Source of the DNA: Lingula anatina
Taxonomy: Eukaryota > Animalia > Brachiopoda
Length of the DNA: 64,000 nucleotides
Assembly: GCA_051362555.1 (NCBI GenBank)
Contig: CM120640.1
Location: forward strand, 19,220,001 to 19,284,000
Reading direction: 5' to 3'
A model generated the notes under the pieces. That model had not been told where the DNA came from, searched no databases, and saw nothing but the letters and a program-made list of their open reading frames with translations. The position numbers and the translations under genes are program-made. Numbering within the stretch: position 1 is the first letter of the stretch; each line of letters opens with the position of its first letter. Positions 40,101-53,900 of this stretch are shown here, in pieces.

Positions 40101-42991
40101 TGAAGGTACCTCAAGTTCTGTATTCTTATTACCGACCTATTATTATAGTAAATACTTGTACAGTACTGGAGCTGATGGATATTTGTGTGCGGTGAGAATT
40201 TTCAATTCATTTTTAAATGTCGCATAATTCTGTGAATTTAAATGTATAGACAAGAAATGAATCTAAGGGTTTTCCCACAAATTCTACAAAATTTGATTTT
40301 CTGTTTGAAGGGATTGGTATCAAAAAGACAGACAGTTTAACACCTGAAACCCATCTAAAGCTGCTCTTTGCTTTCCCATAATCCCCAAATACAGTGACAA
40401 TTCTCCTTAAAAAGGATAAGAAATGCACCACCCTTCAGTGACGCATTCAGCAGCAATGTTTTAACAGGGTACCCTGCCACAACTTTGTTTTTCTGCAGTG
40501 TTCATGAGAGTGGATTTCTTCCACATGTGTTACATGTACGAGATATTGGACTGGTAAGTCTGACACATCCTGGTATTTCATTTTTGAGATTACAAAGCAG
40601 ATTTCACATATCTAAAAATAATATTGTCACTGAATCCAATTCTACTACTTACAATTACGGTTAAAGCTAAAACAATAACAAACAGACACTGTGTAAACAA
40701 AGGAAACTTGCTTGACTGCAGCAGTGAAACTCTTGATCCTGCCCACATAGTGACAGGGAAATGACATCTAGCAAATTTGAATTTAATTTCTGGCCCCGCC
40801 TCTAAACATAAATTATCAGGTTACATCACTGCAACATACAGTTTTAATATGGGTAAACAGGTGGGCAGTTATCTAACAGGCTGGCAAACTATTTCGGTAA
40901 AGGGGGGGGGGGGAGGCAAAAAAAAAAATTCTGCTTGGCTGAACGACAAATTTTAAAATAGTTAAAAAGTGCAGTTTTACTGCAATATGTACAGATATGA
41001 GGGCATGGGTGGAAAAATTGTTTGGTTTCATTTAGTATCAATTTTTTTTCTTTTGAACGGAGGAAAAAATAGAAGGCTTTCGGTCCACTGTGACACCATT
41101 CTCCATCTTGTGCATCCGTTACTGTATTGCACTTTCAGCACTAAGGCTGGTATATTTTTAATAGCATTAATTGCTTGAAAAAATGTACAATAATAAATCT
41201 GCAGCAAAACATTCTTCACTCTGGGCTGGTCCATTTTAAAGGCTAGAGAGTAAAATTAATTTCACAATAAATACATAAATTTCCAACAAGGTGGCAGTGC
41301 ATTGGTCAGATAGCAATACAAAGGATGAATTGTCTGACTAAGAGATCAGTATCTTGCAGAGTACACAAACAGAATTCCCCTCCAGTCATAGGTCTAAGGT
41401 GGTCCAACATGAAAACATTCTATATAAAAATTATTAACAGCTTGTATTCTCATAGGGTTCAATAGTCCTTTGATAAGCGCTATGTAGTACACAAGTGAGA
41501 GTATGTGACCATATCTTTCAAACAATGACAATAAGGCAAATGTCCCTGTACCAGCCATAACAATGACTAGGTAAACAACAATGACAATAACATATTCTGA
41601 CACTCAGGAAAAAATCTCTACAGACAGATCATAGCTAGGGTGGTATTCTGTTATCAGGTGGGAGTTAGGGTCATGGGCATAGACCTTGATGAAGCCTGGG
41701 GAGAGAGAATCCAACTGTTCTCTGAATCTTTACAAGCTTGCCACATCTACTGAGAACAGAGGGATTTCATTTGCTGCCTATGGTTATATTTAAATAAAAA
41801 TTCATGTAGTACTCGAACCCATAATATGTAATGGGTCCAAGCTGCGGTAGCAGGAAAAGGTCTCATTAAAAACGGTCCAACTATCTGCGATGTCATATAC
41901 TCTATGCTTTGGAGTGTTAGAAACAGATGTAACTGGAACCATTTTAAAAAACGTTAACTTCAAACTAAATAATAAAGTTATATAAACAATTAAATCACAA
42001 CAACAACACATTCAATGTTAATTGGATAAGATCCTGCATGAACTACTCGTAGGTGTACTGTACATGTATTCAGAGTTACAAATTTCACAAGTATGTGGTG
42101 TTATTAAGTTACCTATCTACATCCTTACACATGTAGGCCTACCTACCAATGATTTTTCTACTCCTACTTGAAGCATTTGCCTTTTTTTATTTTTTTTCAT
42201 GTTATGAATATCTGTTATATCAACAGTAACATACTGTATCTTTGATCCAAGTTGAGTCGAGGTATTATCTACTATCGTTTTTATTGAAGTCCTCAGCCTG
42301 CTACTTTCTCCACTAACTGTACAGTTACAGAGTATAAAGCCTTATATAATCATATTATTAAACTGTATTTACCTGCATGTGCTTGTAGATCACAACACAT
42401 TACCTAACTGGCTTTAAAAGTGACACTTTGTTGCAGCTGTAACAAAACACCAAGCATAAACACACACGACAGGTGAATTACGTGAAAAGTTCACAAGCCA
42501 TTAACTCCACGTACAAAAAGTAACATGACGTTTAGTGACAACAGCAAATCGGACATAAAATTCCTTGTAACAGCCAAGTTGCCATTTAATCTAAAGTGTT
42601 CATATTCAGTAACCTATTTTGTGCTACGACAGAAGCGATAAGGTTGTTAGGTTTCATCACACCGTGGCTTGCCTGGAGAATAACATTTTGGCTTTTGTGG
42701 TAATATTACGTTTGCAAATAATCAAGTGTGTAATGAGTACGTAGTCCACTTCTGAACATTCATGACATTCATGATATCTATCTGTGACACGGACGCGCAT
42801 TTATAACACCCGATTTAACGCTTGATCTGTTTAAGAATTCACTAGAACCTCAATTGTATAACAGAAGCTGTTACTGTACAACCCAATTTATTGACAATTA
42901 AAACTTAACACATCATACAATTAAACTCACCAAATGAAACTGCCAAAATACCCATGAGAGCAGCCAGTAATACGTGTGACTTCGCGTCCAT
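31151..42991 (-). CDS. Cu-only superoxide dismutase repeat protein (CSRP-like), secreted and probably GPI-anchored, ~975 aa
   Basis: Exons 42931-42991 (signal peptide MDAKSHVLLAALMGILAVSF), 39243-39462, 35595-35710, 33331-35330, 33093-33173, 32744-32863, 32180-32324, 31623-31736 and 31151-31221 are in phase (2928 nt). Four SOD domains have HVH / H(W,F,Y)NP / GD(L,M,I)SGK / G(R,L)SxxxH / RxxC, and two N-terminal SOD folds are degenerate. A Pro/Thr spacer precedes the hydrophobic C-terminus (WSLAVMLLCLVVMCWNI*). Confidence 0.92.
36667..36796. repeat. Two-copy ~80-bp-period AT-rich tandem duplication in CSRP intron
   Basis: ATCAATAAATAT...TAAACACTTGTAAAA..ATAAAATAAATTCA at ~36667 and ~36747. 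Confidence 0.75.
39764..39899. repeat. Two-copy 67-bp tandem duplication in CSRP intron 1
   Basis: TCTTTTAAATATTGTAAC(T/C)ATTCAGCACCTCT...AAAAAGGGCCAT at 39771 and 39838. Confidence 0.85.
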
Positions 42992-42999
42992 CCTAATGC

Positions 43000-43200
43000 A
43001 GGCTAGGGCTTCAGCAAGCGAGAAAGACACTTGTAATGTTACCGGCAGCCACAAAACGCGACAGTCCTATGCGCGCAGTGCTGTAGCGTAGTGGAAGGTT
43101 ATACTGGCTGACACGTGAACTCTGAACTCTGAGGACATAAACACTCGTGGCGTTACATACTATGCAAATAACTCACTGTTTAAACATTCTTCACACGAAC
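43000..43200 (-). promoter_or_regulatory. Probable CSRP promoter
   Basis: CpG-rich patch directly upstream of the ATG with palindromic TGCGCGCA (43070-43077), CACGTG (43112-43117) and octamer ATGCAAAT (43162-43169). Confidence 0.5.
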
Positions 43201-43766
43201 TTCTGGCTAGTCCGTATAGTCAGAAAAACTAGGAAATAAATGAAATTTCATATGGAAGATAAGGAATTTTTTTTACCTTTTAGACTTATTTCAAATGAAC
43301 AATGCCAGAAAAAAATTTTTTGGCATGTTTTCAAGTAAAACAGCACTACATATTTTGTTTGCACTGGGAGAGTACTTTACTAACGATTTATTTTTGTGTT
43401 CATCTAAGAGACGTTAGAATTTGAGAAGATGACATGACATTTGTATTTTACAAGTTGCAATTTATCTTACAAAATGAATTGAAGGGGTGGATTTATATGT
43501 GCACGTACTACTATGTGTGAAAAGAGGGCTTATTTTAGTTAAAACTTAATTTTCTTTTAACACATTTTAATAGTTAAAACTATTCATTTTCTGTATTCTG
43601 ACATTAAAAAAATAATAAATTAATAAAAGCCTTAATCAGGTTGTCAGACAGGTGGTTAATAAAATGGCTTCTGACCAGATATTTTTCATAAATAACGTCA
43701 TTTATTTTTACAACCTGAGTAGCCCTGTTTTCTTTTACAGCAGAAGTTTTATTACAAGAAAATAAG

Positions 43767-44028
43767 CCAGACATGATTCAGAGCTGTAGTTTAATGTATA
43801 ATAGCAATCTTTTTTTAGAATAGCCAATTTGCAACATAATATTAAAGAAAGTGAAATAATAATCTAGTCTAAATGGATAAATGCAACATGTAAACAGCAA
43901 CAGTAAACCAGGCATGATTCAGAGCTTTAGTTTAATGTATAATATCAATATTTTTTAGGACAGCCCATTTACAACATGATAATAAAGAAAATGATATGAT
44001 AATCTTAATTGATAAATGCAACATGTAA
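43767..44028. repeat. Two-copy 141-bp tandem duplication downstream of MAP2K5
   Basis: CCAG(A/G)CATGATTCAGAGCT(G/T)TAGTTTAATGTATAATA...GATAAATGCAACATGTAA at 43767 and 43908. Confidence 0.9.
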
Positions 44029-45690
44029 TTTTTATCTTTAGGTAGAGGAAAATATTTCATTAGAATGGAAAAGCAATATAAATCATCACAGATACACTCT
44101 TAGAAAAGGTATTATTTGTAAGAAAGACATAATACCAACCTTTTGGACCTCTAACTGCTACATGTTATTTTAACCTGGACTTCAAGTTAATTAAATACAC
44201 AAGCTTGGAAAAGGAAATAATTCCCATTATGCCAGTTTATACTAAAGCCGACATATCAACTGTACATTGTCAAGCAAAATAATTCCAGCCATTGAAAAAA
44301 ACCCAGAGTATTTCATACATGTTTTTTTTACCTGTTTTTGGAGTTCATATCAATTGAATACAATAAGGAAATGCCAGAGCATGGAGAATTGAAGAATCAA
44401 TGCAATAACAATGACTGCACAGTTATATATAGGTGCAAGTGCATGCAGCATTTAAGTAAGTCTGTGGTGACTTAATATTTGTGGTGGCTCATACATATAT
44501 GATCCTTACAGACATTGCCCTCAAAAATGAAGAATAACATTTTTCTATACATGTTGGTAAATGCATATAATCTCATTTGTTAGGGCTTTGATAAAAGTCA
44601 GGAGTGAAATCATTGGAGCTTAAAAGTAAATAGTTCCTCTTTGTTATTTTACCAAACAGGATGAGAATAACTGACAATATTTATCTACAGAATCATAATT
44701 TTGTTTTCATAAATTTGAAAGCAATGTACAAATATATAATAAGGGAAGCTTTTTCATGCGTTATGGATTTAATTAGCATAAACAGATACAAGTCATGTCT
44801 GTTTTGAGCTGAACTTACTCTGTGTGTTTACATTGGTCAAATTGATCAATTTATCTAAAAATGCTGTTTACCACACAGAGGCCATCCATCACTGTCAAAT
44901 TAAAGGCGAGAGGTTATTATGCTACAGTGACTTCGATATTAACTTTGTTACCTCTACTACCTTTTTTGGTAATCTTTCAGTGTACAACCATTTATAACAA
45001 TGATTATCAGATAGAAAAATTTAAAGACCAAAGAATTTATTGAAAAATTGAATGGGGCAGTGTGGTTTAATATGAAACATCAGGAGAGAAAGATGTGATC
45101 CAAGTCAAAAACCTAATGTATTATTATTAAGGAATTGAAGCATAATGCTGAGAAAATTATTCTTATAATCATTAAATTGTTCAACACATATTTTATTCTG
45201 AAGCCAGATGTCCACTCCACTATTACATTGATAACCCATCTAGGCAAAAATAATACACTCATGTTTGGTTTATTTGACCTATGTAACACTCAAACCCCAT
45301 TTACATATAAACCAATGCTGATCTGCACCATGCAGTTACTTGACAGATTTTCATCATTTTAACCAGAACACATTTAAAAGAACACTGTTCCTTAATAAAG
45401 ACAATTGAGCATATGGCACCTTTGTACATGAACAAGCATGCAGCAAGCCCATTTTTCATTAAAACTATCATATTCAGTGGATACACTTATTGCATCATAA
45501 TAAATTATATTCACATATAATGACACATGCTGGTCTTGACAACTTCCCACACCAACAGTAATTTTCCAATTGTTTCACTCAATTGATGGAATATGCATAA
45601 CTGATATACAGGTGTATGCAGGTTATTTATGTATCAATGAATCATGGTATACATAGCCTATAACGATGTATTTAAAATGTTTTTTTCCAC

Positions 45691-45858
45691 CAGGCCCGTA
45701 GCCAGCGGGGGTTCGGGGGGTTCGAAAGAACCGCCCCTTTTGCTGGGAAAAGGTCCACTCTGGGTAAAATTTGATCTAGGTACATGAAGTTTTTATGGGA
45801 AAAGGTCCACTTTTTCAGAAAACGAACCCTCCTTTTGAAATTGCTGGCTACGGGCCTG
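45691..45858. mobile_element. 168-bp MITE with perfect 16-bp TIRs and 5-bp TSD (hAT-like ends)
   Basis: CAGGCCCGTAGCCAGC ... GCTGGCTACGGGCCTG, flanked by TCCAC at 45686-45690 and 45859-45863. The internal GGGAAAAGGTCCACT occurs twice. Confidence 0.9.
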
Positions 45859-47966
45859 TCCACCATGTTTGTATTTAAATCAACATGCTCTACTACTAGT
45901 TATAATTCGTTAATTCTGTATATCATTATAACAGTAATTAAGACAGTATCCTTCAAATTAACTGCTACTTGGTTTAGTGTGATGAAAACTAACCAATTTT
46001 TGTGTGTTTAAGTTTCTACAGTCATAACCAGTATGACTTTAGATCAAGTTCAGTCAATGTAGCCAATTGCTTGCCATTACTAAAACAACATTCCTGTACA
46101 TCTGCATCCCAAGGTTATGATTTTAGTTTAATATGCTATAAAACCATTAAAATATAAATACCTTGGAGCTTACATGTTTCTAAGTTACAACTCGTTTATG
46201 AGCTAGATTACACTGAAGGTAGACTTAAGTCTTATCTATAAAACCACTCTTGATATCACTATGTTGATCAGGTCTAGCCAGCTAGATTTTGTCTAAGATA
46301 CCATCCTCCAACATCTTTTGGAAAAGGCTGTATTTTTTCATTGTCTTCTTATACCAAACTCATACACCTTAAAATGTGTATTGCCTTTGTGGCAGCTTTA
46401 GCTTTCCAATACGTGTTCAAACTAGTGTCTTTAATTGCTTATTGTAAATGAAGTTGCTAACCAAATCAATATGCATGTGATAGTCACTTTTATGAGCTTT
46501 TTAAGTTTCGACTCATTGCTGAATGAGATATGGCAATAAACCCTGCAGTTCAAGCTCAGCCAACTTCACAAGGTATTGAACTAAATAAATATGTCTCAAT
46601 AAACATGTTCAATCCCTGGGCAATAATTGGACTACTAGTATCCTTCACTGTTTAAAACATACAAACAAAAACCATATGCTGTTTTATCATAGGGGAAATG
46701 CTATTTCATTTTAAATGGAGAATAAAAAATTTATTTTTTTTGAAATTATATGAATAGTTTCAGGCACATTTATATGTGATGTAGGTATGAAGCATACTTG
46801 TAGATAATAGGGCACAATCAGCAATTCACTTTTTGCTTACCACATCAGCTTAATTCTAATCAATTCCTGTTTACCAAAGTATGTATTATGATGCCAGTAC
46901 ACCCTTTTCTCAAAGACCTGACCTATTCAATTTTTGTTTAATCTCGTGTTTACACATAGAAACTGCTAAGAAAATCATTCTTTCACATCTAGGTATGTTT
47001 TAAGTTATGAGCCAGAGGTTTCAGTAAGTAAATCGTAAGTAGAGATAAAAATCAGATGGATGCCTTTTAAACAAAAACCTTTATAATAATTTAATAAACA
47101 ACTTTGAAGCAGGAATATTGTACAAGTAGCACTCATTAATTTGTTGACAACCAACCAACCTCTTAGAACAATACTCAATTTCTCATCATAAAAGAAAAAG
47201 TGTTCTGTGACCCAAATTTTTTCTACTGACACTGCCTTTATATAACATGCATTTCCAGTTTATTGACCACTGTCTCTAATGTGGGTAAAATGTTTGTAGA
47301 AAGGTCTTGAATGTCACACAAAATAATACAGTAGTATGACTACGAAGCAATTACTGTGCTTTAAGCAGTAAATTTCAGATTCCAATATTTGTCAAGTTTG
47401 TGACAAACCTTTTAAATTCTTGCAAAAAGGTAAGTATTTGTAACTGGAAAAAATGCCAGTGTGCATCACTGAGCTACATCCAATCCCCATTATGATAATC
47501 CTGTTAAAGGCAGCATTCACCATAGGCCAGCATTACAGTATAATATTCCTGATCTTGGTTCAAGTCTTAAATTTAATTAATAAAGTATTAGTTCACATCA
47601 TAAAAAATGACGTACCCAGTGTTTCACATTACACTGCTCACCCAAAAATAAATATCACAGTCATCATCGTCAACATAATAAAATTGTTACTCATGCCCCT
47701 ATGTAGAATGTCTAATGCAACTGTAATTGTAAAAGCAGGACCTCTTCATGAAGCTACATTTTTCCCAGAAACATCAGTTTCTCACATAGCCCTTAGAAGT
47801 TTTGCAAATGATTCTGCAACTCCCAAATAGTCCATTTTTCTCCATGTGTTCTGAAACATTCTTGTAAGTGATGTGCTTTGCAACCAATACTGACTGCCAG
47901 TCACTTGTTTTGTTAAGATGTTACATCTGCATATTTGGGCCTTGTTGCCACTCTTTGGATAATAAC

Positions 47967-50900
47967 TTATGCACTGCTTGTTGCATGAGCAATTCTCCGT
48001 AGCTGGATTTGCTGAAGTTTAGCACCAACCCAAGCTGCTATTATCTCTGTGTTACCATCATCATTTTTTACTATGAATGGATGTTGCTGAAAAAACAATA
48101 TTTCAAAATATTCATAACCAATTCTGGGCACTGGGATTAAATATTCTAAAATGCATAGTTTGCTTAACATAGCTGTCAAGTCAAACTGCAGACAGTAAGA
48201 AATTGTGTTAGTTGAGATGTATTATAAATGAAACATACTCCTTTACAGTACCTGGTACAACTGATTAAATATCCTCTAGCACAACCACCTATACACACTT
48301 GAACAAAACCAAATAAACTTACCAGAAGGTCTCTTGGTGCAGGCCTTATGGTTGGATCTTTCTGCATACTACAAATAAATAAATAAAAAATAATAAAAAA
48401 TAAAAACAAAGCAAAATAATGATAACCTTAATCTTTAAGTTTCTATTGCCCTAAAGAACATGGATTGAAGTAAAGAAGCACCAAAGACTATGAAATTAAC
48501 TTGTCACCTTATTTGTTTATCAATTAATAAAAGGGTAAAAATTTATTATCGGTTCACGCATATTAATGTGTACATACCACAAGGCAACAAAATCTATAAA
48601 CCCCTCTGAAAAGATGCCATCTGGAAGTCTAGGTGGAGGCTGAAATCAAAGGACACAGGTACAAATCTTAGTCTTTCTTTTATATTAATGAATTGAGTGA
48701 GTGTCATAATTTCAAATAAAAACTCAACTTCTTTAAAATTAAATCAGCTTTTTTTAATATATAACTTATATCAAAATTCTATACAATACCTCTTTCACAA
48801 TTGTATTTAATAGCCCAATTGCTGAATTTGAATGGTCCTAGAAAAGAAAAAAGGAAAATATTTACTAAAATAACATAAATTGTAAAGCCTAAATTTTAAA
48901 TCACCTGCAGAAAGTGAAATTACATTTGTCCACTCTGATATTAGAGTGGGCTTGATACACACCTTGTAATACCCTCAATATATTTACAAAATTTTTGCAT
49001 TCATTCATTCATTGCTTTTGGTGATCACAAGTTTTTGAAGTTAACTAAAACTTTCAATCTTTTGCCATTATCAACATGAAAATTTATGTGAATTAAAATA
49101 CATTCTAAACTTACACATCTGGTATAATGTTGAAAATATTACATCTACTTACTGGTGCTTTATAAGGAAACCTGCCTACAGCTAACTGCAAGAACAAAAT
49201 AATTTAGCTGTTAGAGCAATTGTTGCAATAACCCACAACATGAAAATAGTCATGAAGAAATCACCTGACATAAATTTCACTGAATAAATCTATTTAACAT
49301 ACCTGGTTAAGGATTTTCATTAAAGAAAAAAAAAAAAAAAAAAACATACCTCACATAAAGATAGCCCAAAACTCCACACCTCTGAGTGAATACTATAGCC
49401 ATTACCCTCTAATCTTTCTGGCTGAAATTCAGAGACATACACATATGTATAGACAGTAAGCTATATCTAACATTTTCCAATAAAAAAACTAATGAATCTT
49501 CTGTATATAAACAATCCTACCACAGACTTCTGGTAAAGCAAGCAGTGAAACCTTAAAAACTGCAGTGTTATGTAGTCTTCTTTAAATAACTCAAAGCAAA
49601 ATGGGTTTTAAAAACTCTGGTGTAAAGATAAAAAGATTATACATTACTAAATTACTAAATACTTACTGCCATGTACACATTAGTGCCTACGTATGTCCTG
49701 GCTATTGAAGTTACTAACTGAAAAACAAAAATGCATTTTAACATTAAAATTACCTTTTAACACTAAATATATTGATGTTTTCAAAAATATTTAAAAAGCA
49801 AAAACCAGTGTTATACCATTCAAAATAAACATTTTGAAGTTTTCATAAGTATTCAAATAAATAAGAAACAGTGTGTTTAAAGTAAAAAGACAAAACTGAT
49901 CAGTGACAATAACACTGGCCCCACAGTGAATGCCAGTGAAATTGCAACTGGGCCAAAATAATTTTTTAATTTTGTTTTGATACCAACTTCTGTTGTCATT
50001 TTGGGCCAGTAGATTCTTACACCCTGGTGGCTCAAAGGGACACCTGTAGACTAAAAGTTTCACAGCAAAGACAAGAGAAACAAAATCAAAACTGAATAAC
50101 TCCTCATAAAACTCCCTCCTGACTGTTGCGCTTGAGCTATACCTGCACACTGACTCCAAAATCACACAGCTTCACGTGTCCTTGTGTGTTGACTAAAATA
50201 TTGGAGGGTTTGACATCTGAAAAATAAACATTTTTTGATTATATTTCATTTCAAAAAACAATTTTTTGACTGTAAAATAATTAATGTAATATCAATTTTT
50301 TGGAAATACATATTTACGTTAATCTTTAATTAAATGAAAAAATAACAGTCAAAACAAGAATTTTGTATTCTGAGAAGTCTCGGAAAATGCTTCCATCTTT
50401 CAATAATTCAATACATACCTCTATGCATAATCTTTAAGTTCCATAAATAATGTAAGCCTTTTACTACTGCTACTGCCATTCTACCTAATACTGTTTCAGG
50501 AATTTGGCCATACTTGTCTAATGAGCCTCCTGGAAATAGTATAATCAATGATAACAATTTTATTGTTACAGTAGTTTTTGCATGTAAATTATCTACTGAT
50601 ATGTACAGAATTTGTACAGAATAGGAAAAATATAAATTTTTTAAGCATTCATTTTTCACCAGCTTCACCAGAAAATAAAAACTAAAATTGAAAAATCCAA
50701 AAAATAATGGTTTTCATTTTGCTACAAACAACCCATTTTGTCCAAGCCAGAATATTCATCAACATTTGAACTTCATTGTATGTGGTAAAGAAATAGAAAA
50801 TAACTAAAATTCTTAGATGATGCTTTAACAAAATATTGAAAATGGAAGTCTTACCATCCATAAATTCTGTACAAATGGAAATTCTATTTTCAATAAAATA

Positions 50901-53900
50901 AGCACCATAAAATCCTATTATCATAGGAGAATTGCTCTGAAATCAAAATAAAATGCCTTCAATGAATTATATGACTTTCAGAAAACGCAGTTAAGGTATC
51001 AAGCTATTCAAACAAATATAAAACATCGATATTTATATTGAAATTGATTTTTTTAAAAGGCAACTGATATGAATGCATATCACCAGCTTGGTATGTTTTT
51101 TGAAATTGCTTGCTATAATTGCACTGAAAAAAGCTGTCCAGCCTCAAGCCAAATGACGACTGGACAGATCACTGACTAATCATCTGACTACTATTTACTT
51201 ATCTTGAACTGCAGCAGACTAACTTTTTGGACAAAAAGGTCAGATCAGTTTTGGGCCTTAAATTTGTTTGCATAACCTCCCCATGGCCACAAGCAGGTGG
51301 TACAATAATGAAATTAGGCTCAAGCACTTCAAGAATAATAAGATTCTTGCAATGTAACAAGGAAATAATTGCAACGAATATATTTTGATATATTTAGCAA
51401 ATTGTCAATATAGCCTCAGCTTTACTTACTTTGTATAAAACTTCTAATTCTGATATAATTTGTTGCTGGATTTCTGGGGTGATATCGAGGGGAATAACCT
51501 GTGATAAAAACACAGATAAAACATGTTATTTACCAAAATGTCTCCCAACAACATCAGCCTTAGATTAAGAATCTTATCATGGACATCTGTCAAAATTCTT
51601 TTACACATACATTTACTGTGATTGGGGAATTAAATTAACTGAAGAATGATAACTGAAATATCTCAAAATGGAAATTTATCTACCTACCTTGACAGCCATA
51701 ATAGTACCACTTGGTCTGTGCTGGGCTCTAAAGGGATAAAAAGAAGGATAAAAGATCATTTGATTATAATATACTAGTACCCACAGAATCACACTAAGTC
51801 TATAACTGAAATGTTACAAACTAATTTTATCACTTACTGGAAGTATGAGTGAAATGGTCACTGTATTATTAATCAATAAAATAAAATTATGATGGCTACT
51901 AGCCAGCATAATTGCCACCCAGTCAGCATTATCTATGAACTGTCTCAGCCATTAGACAATTCTTTGGAAGTTGTGGACAGATTTGTCATGTATTTGACAA
52001 GTGGTCTTAAACTGTTTTCTCTTGTGAATTTATATGTACAACAACATGATCACATTCTGAGCAGACAACAACATGGCCTCTCAGTTCTGTGTTCATACCA
52101 CTTCAAAATCAGGTATGTAGTTAGCGCATAGCTTCTTCAAACTTTGTGCCAGTGCCAATACGCATTATTATTATTATTATTGATAATAAAAATATCACGG
52201 TCTACAATTTCAAGATATATCACCAACAAGAAAATAAAACTTTAACTCACACACTAACTCCTGGAGCAGGTGACATTTATCATTATATGTAAAAAATATC
52301 CAGTCCTAATTACCTGTATACTGTTCCACCATTACCACTCCCCAGTATCTCAATGTAATGAAGGTGTGCATCAGATATATGTCCACAGGCCAAGATCTCT
52401 TGTAGATCACTGGCCTGTTGTTTCCTAAAATAAAAGAAAAGAGATGAGATTATGATGATATTTCATTGTTTTGATATCCAAATATATATTTTATAATATT
52501 ACACCATCTACAATATCATTTTTATGATAAAAAAGCAGTAAGTAATGACAATACATTTGGGCCACTGTCATAATATGTTAGTGTAAAACAATCATTTCTT
52601 GTCTTTTTCTACCCATTGCACACAGTACAAAAAAGCAATTTTTTAAATCAAAGACGAGAGGGTGACCATTGGCAGTCTTCTCATTATATTCTAAGAGCTA
52701 TTAGGATCTTTGAGACAACCAGGTCTTAGGATCTACAGGGCTAAAACAGAAACAGTGGCCAAAACCAATTTGATCAATTTTGCTGGCATAGCAATGGCGA
52801 TCAATAGTTGGCATTTTCTACAAAACATTACTAGCCTGGCCTTAATTTCGTTATTATTTGACATGGGATCAATGGTTAATATTACACATGCAGTCTTATC
52901 TTACCTACTACCATGTACAATGCCTGGGTCTCCTGCTGGTACAGCATTTGGACTCTTTGTTTTTACCTGCAGTTACAAATACATATATACTAATGCATAT
53001 TAAATATATACAGAACTTACATGTTACATCTATTACATATGTTGAAATGAAATAAAACAGTTATTGTGATATATATCTACATAACAGTCAAGCACATATT
53101 CTTTTATGTGAGCTTTTTTATCACAACTGATTCTTTTACATTAAAATTTTTATCTGCTATTAATATCTTGCTCTCTCAATAATTCAAAATATCTTTAATT
53201 CCTTAAAAAAACTGGAATAAGATTTTTTATCAGAAACTTTACAGGTATCATTAATCTCTAAAATGAAAAAAAAAAATGCAGCGATCATTATATCAATTCA
53301 CAACTTTGTCAATTATGCATACCTTCAACCCATGTATGTTTCTTTTATCAGAGGACTTGCTGGCTAACAGAGTGATAAAACAAACTAATCAGATAAACTG
53401 AAAATATACTATCGATGTCAGTATATGGCAAGGTTTTTATTTACGGCAGCTATTTTGAAATATCACAAGAAAAAAAACATGCTTTCATAATACAATTTAA
53501 AACAATTATGTATATAATATTCATCACATCTCTGTTAGTGTTATAAAATTATAAGTGAATTATTTAAAAAAATACCTCTTGGAAAAATGACTAAGGGCTG
53601 TAAATTTCCACTTGTTGCTGCTATTTCATTTGTAGAATTCAAATACTGAAATTGAAAAAAAAAAGTGAAATAATAAAAACACTTAATCTATGACAAACAT
53701 TCTACATTTTCATGACATGAAGTATTTATACCATACACAATACAGAAATCAAAAATAAATTATTTCATTTTGACATGAATTCATAATTTACTAAAACTTA
53801 AGAAAAATTTGCAATGCAAATTATACAATAAAATACCAGAATAAGACTACAAATACAGGTCATCTGAACCATTCACATACAGACAACCAATAACAAAACT

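Noticed and set aside
40653-40748. Minus-strand hydrophobic mini-ORF (MWAGSR...CLFVIVLALTVI|GTAAGT) as an alternative CSRP signal-peptide exon
   Set aside because: Its donor is phase 0 whereas CSRP exon 2 needs phase 1, so it would be out of frame.
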